A DNA stretch of 64,000 bases. It comes from Octopus bimaculoides (Eukaryota). Under the pieces are notes generated by a model. That model saw only the letters and a program-made list of their open reading frames with translations. It did no database searches and was not told the DNA's origin. How positions within the stretch are numbered: position 1 is the first letter of the stretch; every line of letters starts with the position of its first letter. The DNA lies in the NCBI RefSeq assembly GCF_001194135.2, contig NC_068999.1:53519669-53583668 (forward strand). The letters are read 5' to 3'. The position numbers and the translations under genes were made by a program. This document shows positions 60,852-64,000 of the stretch, one piece after another.

Positions 60852-61467
60852 CTAGGCAAAAAGAAGAAATATACAATTAATTACAAAAAAATATGAAGAC
60901 ATTTTAGTCACTTCCATAATTTTAACCTCAAAAGTTAAATATGGTAATACAAATGGAATAATACTGAAGAAAGATGACTAGTTACTCTTTTACTGATTTC
61001 AGTGCTTGGACTCTGGTCATGCTGGGGTTTAGTTGATTAAATCAACTCCTCATATTTATTTACATTTGACAGCTATTTTATCAATATCTATTTGTCAGAC
61101 TGGTAAGTTACAGGACATAACATAAATACAGACATGCACAAGCATAGCTGCACCTGTTCAGGCAATGTCAATTTGATGGAGGGAGTAAGCTAAAGTACCA
61201 CACATACATTTGATCCCTATAAACAAATCATTTGTGCAAGTCGTTCAGCAAAAATTGAACACTTGTATGTTGTCTTTAATGAGAGAGTCCATCATATACG
61301 TATCTTTCAAGTTGATATTAAAGAGTTTAAAAACACACAATTTATCTATCCAATCGCATCCAATTATCAAAAGAAGAATAATCCAAAAGTCAATTTTACA
61401 AATGCAAACGTTCATAAGAGAAAGAAGCTTAAAAAAAAACAAAAATATCTGCAGTTAATTTTTTTAC

Positions 61468-61524
61468 CTTCATTGACTGCTCCCCAGCAAATTCTTGACT
61501 CAACTGGTAAATCTGTGCTACCAT
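61468..61524 (-). CDS. AMBRA1: AMBRA1 exon (MVAQIYQLSQEFAGEQSMK)
   Basis: gtgtcttatag|ATG...AAG|gtaaaa; 57 nt, phase 0-0; matches human MVAQVFRLQQAHGGETSM. Confidence 0.93.
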
Positions 61525-61953
61525 CTATAAGACACAAAGAAAGTATTACATTTTGTATTACTGAACTTTAATATAATAGTTAATCATAGTATTTATAGTT
61601 GTTTAGTCTTAGGTCAGCTCTCATAGAACAGACCTATGATAAAACATGTCCCAGCCATGACCAACCAGTCATAGGACTATATTATCTAATGTATTGTCCT
61701 TCATGCTTTAAGATGGTTGGGTGTGATTGAACTCTTTAGCATTTCAAGTGGCCATATCTGCCCCAAATATTTTATCTGTTTTATGCTCAAACCAGCCAGA
61801 TGTGACCTCTCACACTTACTCTACAATGTTATATCACCAACATCTCAAAGCTATGAGATATGATTAATTCAAGGCAATGTAAATAAATAAGCATTACATT
61901 TGAGAGAGTAACCTGAATGCTAAAGGGATAAGAAAGATTTGCCTTTCTAGTAG

Positions 61954-61986
<33 letters not shown>

Positions 61987-62394
61987 CATACATACACACA
62001 TTATGTACAGGTCGTCGTCGACTTACAACCACAATTGGCTCCGACTGACTGGTCACAAGTCAATTTCGTAGAAAGTTGGCCTATAGGTCTACATAGCTTT
62101 GTTTTATAGTTTTACATTCTTAAGGTACATTTTCAAGTAAAAGTCACACACAACATTCTGTATTATACTATTATAGTGGCATTAGTCAAAAATTTCAGAG
62201 TCTCAAGCAGTTGTCTTATAAACAAATATGAGGTTGCCTCAATGTCTCCATGACATCAATAACCAAACGTAGGGGAAGCGTTTGTTAGCTGACCTCACTC
62301 CTAGACGGGTTAATTTCTAAGAAATTAAACCCATTTGATTTCAACTGGACTATTTATCATTGCTAAAGTCGACCGGTGTATATAATTATCACGT

Positions 62395-62760
62395 TTGGGC
62401 ATGGCTCTGCAGTCAAGAAGTTTGGCTTCACAACCATATGGGTTTGGGTTCAATCCTATTGTACAATAGGGAAGTGTTTTCTACAAAAGCTCTGGCTAAC
62501 CAAAGCCTTGAGCGTGGATTTGGTAGATGGAAGCAGAAAGAAACCTGTCATATGTATCTGTGTGTGTATATGATGTGTGTGTGTACCCTTGTCTAGACAT
62601 CATGTAATGGTTGTAGATGATGATGATCATCATCATACAAGTTAAGTGTTTGTTTCCAGTCTTCCATGAAAACCTGTCAAGCTCTGGGGAAATATTACCT
62701 TGCTTGGAAATAGACGAGGGTTGGCAATGGGAAAGGCATCTGGTCATAGAAAAATCTACC
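62395..62760 (+). mobile_element. SINE with family-A head and a different (LINE-like) tail
   Basis: Head, (TG)n, then ttgtctagacatcatg...gtcttccatgaaaac...ggggaaatattaccttgcttggaaa. Confidence 0.7.
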
Positions 62761-63072
62761 CTTATGATCTGTTATAACTGAAATAAACTGAAGTAAGCAG
62801 AATCATGTGCACTGCCTCAGGGAAACAATGCAATGTTTGTAGCAGAGTTTGAATTCCTAATCATTATGCATCTCAAATAAAATGGTTTGTTGCACATTGA
62901 CCTTACCTTAAATCTAAAATGAATTCTATATCTCCATGAATTAAACATCCAAAATATGAACAAAGACTATATGGCTGTACACAGTCCTTCCAACAGTATG
63001 ATAGTAATGATAAGAAGAAGATACACACACATCCACAAAAAGAAAATCAGCAATGATCTAAGGGACACTCAC

Positions 63073-63170
63073 CTGATTTGTAGTAAAAACCCAAGAGATG
63101 CGCTTGGCTGCTAAACCCACTAAGACATAGTGGTTCTTGGGAGAGATACTCACAGATATAACATTTGGAC
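63073..63170 (-). CDS. AMBRA1: AMBRA1 exon (GPNVISVSISPKNHYVLVGLAAKRISWVFTTNQ)
   Basis: ctctatttag|GT...CAG|gtgagt; phase 1 to 0; matches human [25 protein letters not shown]. Confidence 0.93.
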
Positions 63171-63774
63171 CTAAATAGAGAAACATGAGTGAGAAGGTGG
63201 AGTAGAGAGAGAGAGAGATGGGGGAGGGAGTTAAAGGAAAGAAGTGAGAGGTGAAGCAAGAGTGAGAAGTGATGGGAGGTGATAGTACAGTATGAAAACA
63301 TTACAATCAGATGGTCACAACATTTTCCTAAACCATGCCTTGTAAATCTATTTTATTCTCAACCCCAGGAATTTCACATCAAGTCAAAGGTTACTGACAA
63401 AACAAACATCATATAATCATTAACATATAGGTGTTTGGTTGGGAGTTGAGTAGAGTGGAGTAGTGGGACAAGCTAATTTCATAGAAAAACCAACACATGA
63501 AAATAACCATTTGATTGCAACATAAACCTAATTAAACATTCTTAATATTAATTTGTAACCATGTTAATCACTACATTGTAGATTAAGTGAACCATCAGAG
63601 TCAAGGACATAATATCTCAAGGTATTTAGCTACAGTGTTTTACATTCTGAATTTCAATCCTTCTTGAGGTTAATTTTACATTTCATCCTTCCAGGATGGA
63701 TAAAATAAAGTACCAGTCGAGTACTGAAGTTGATTTAATTAAGAATACTCTCCATGCTTGCTCACCCCTAATTT

Positions 63775-64000
63775 CATCATCATCATCATCATCATCGTTT
63801 AACGTCCGCTTTCCATGCTAGCATGGGTTGGACGATTTGACTGAGGACTGGTGAAACCGGATGGCAACACCAGGCTCCAGTCTAATTTGGCAGAGTTTCT
63901 ACAGCTGGATGCCCTTCCTAACGCCAACCACTCAGAGAGTGTAGTGGGTTCTTTTACGTGTCACCTGCACGAAAACGGCCACGCTCGAAATGGTGTCTTT
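63775..64000 (-). mobile_element. 3' end of a second copy of the same young LINE
   Basis: 4 differences in about 205 nt versus 59359-59563; same (GAT)n tail; runs off the right edge. Confidence 0.88.

Overview
AT-rich eukaryotic scaffold with 5 N-gaps. The repeat repertoire (tRNA-derived SINEs, RTE LINE tails ending in (GAT)n, TTAA MITEs) points to an octopus genome; this is inference, not a database match. Three genes can be supported. (1) SAP130 (Sin3A-associated protein 130) on the minus strand: 12 coding exons from 18040 to the left edge, all GT-AG with a continuous phase chain. It is recognised by the motifs SHLPRGAAAA, SIPIAKVTPQ and SPRPSILRKR; the conserved C-terminal domain lies outside the window. 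(2) The last four exons of AMBRA1 on the minus strand (63170-58040), with the WD40 C-terminal part, a LIR-like WNTL and two TQT motifs. (3) An unassigned intronless 152-aa ORF on the plus strand (54844-55302), convergent with AMBRA1. Between SAP130 and this ORF is a block of about 16 kb (about 36.85-52.9 kb) that visibly retains CpG. It has its own repeat content and a triple-CCAAT promoter candidate at about 46.3-46.5 kb. The rest is intronic/intergenic DNA packed with SINEs, LINE remnants (RTE, CR1/L2, R4-like), mariner/hAT/piggyBac-type elements and microsatellites. No CRISPR array, rRNA or genuine tRNA gene was seen. All homology calls come from recalled protein motifs, not searches, and repeat boundaries are approximate.
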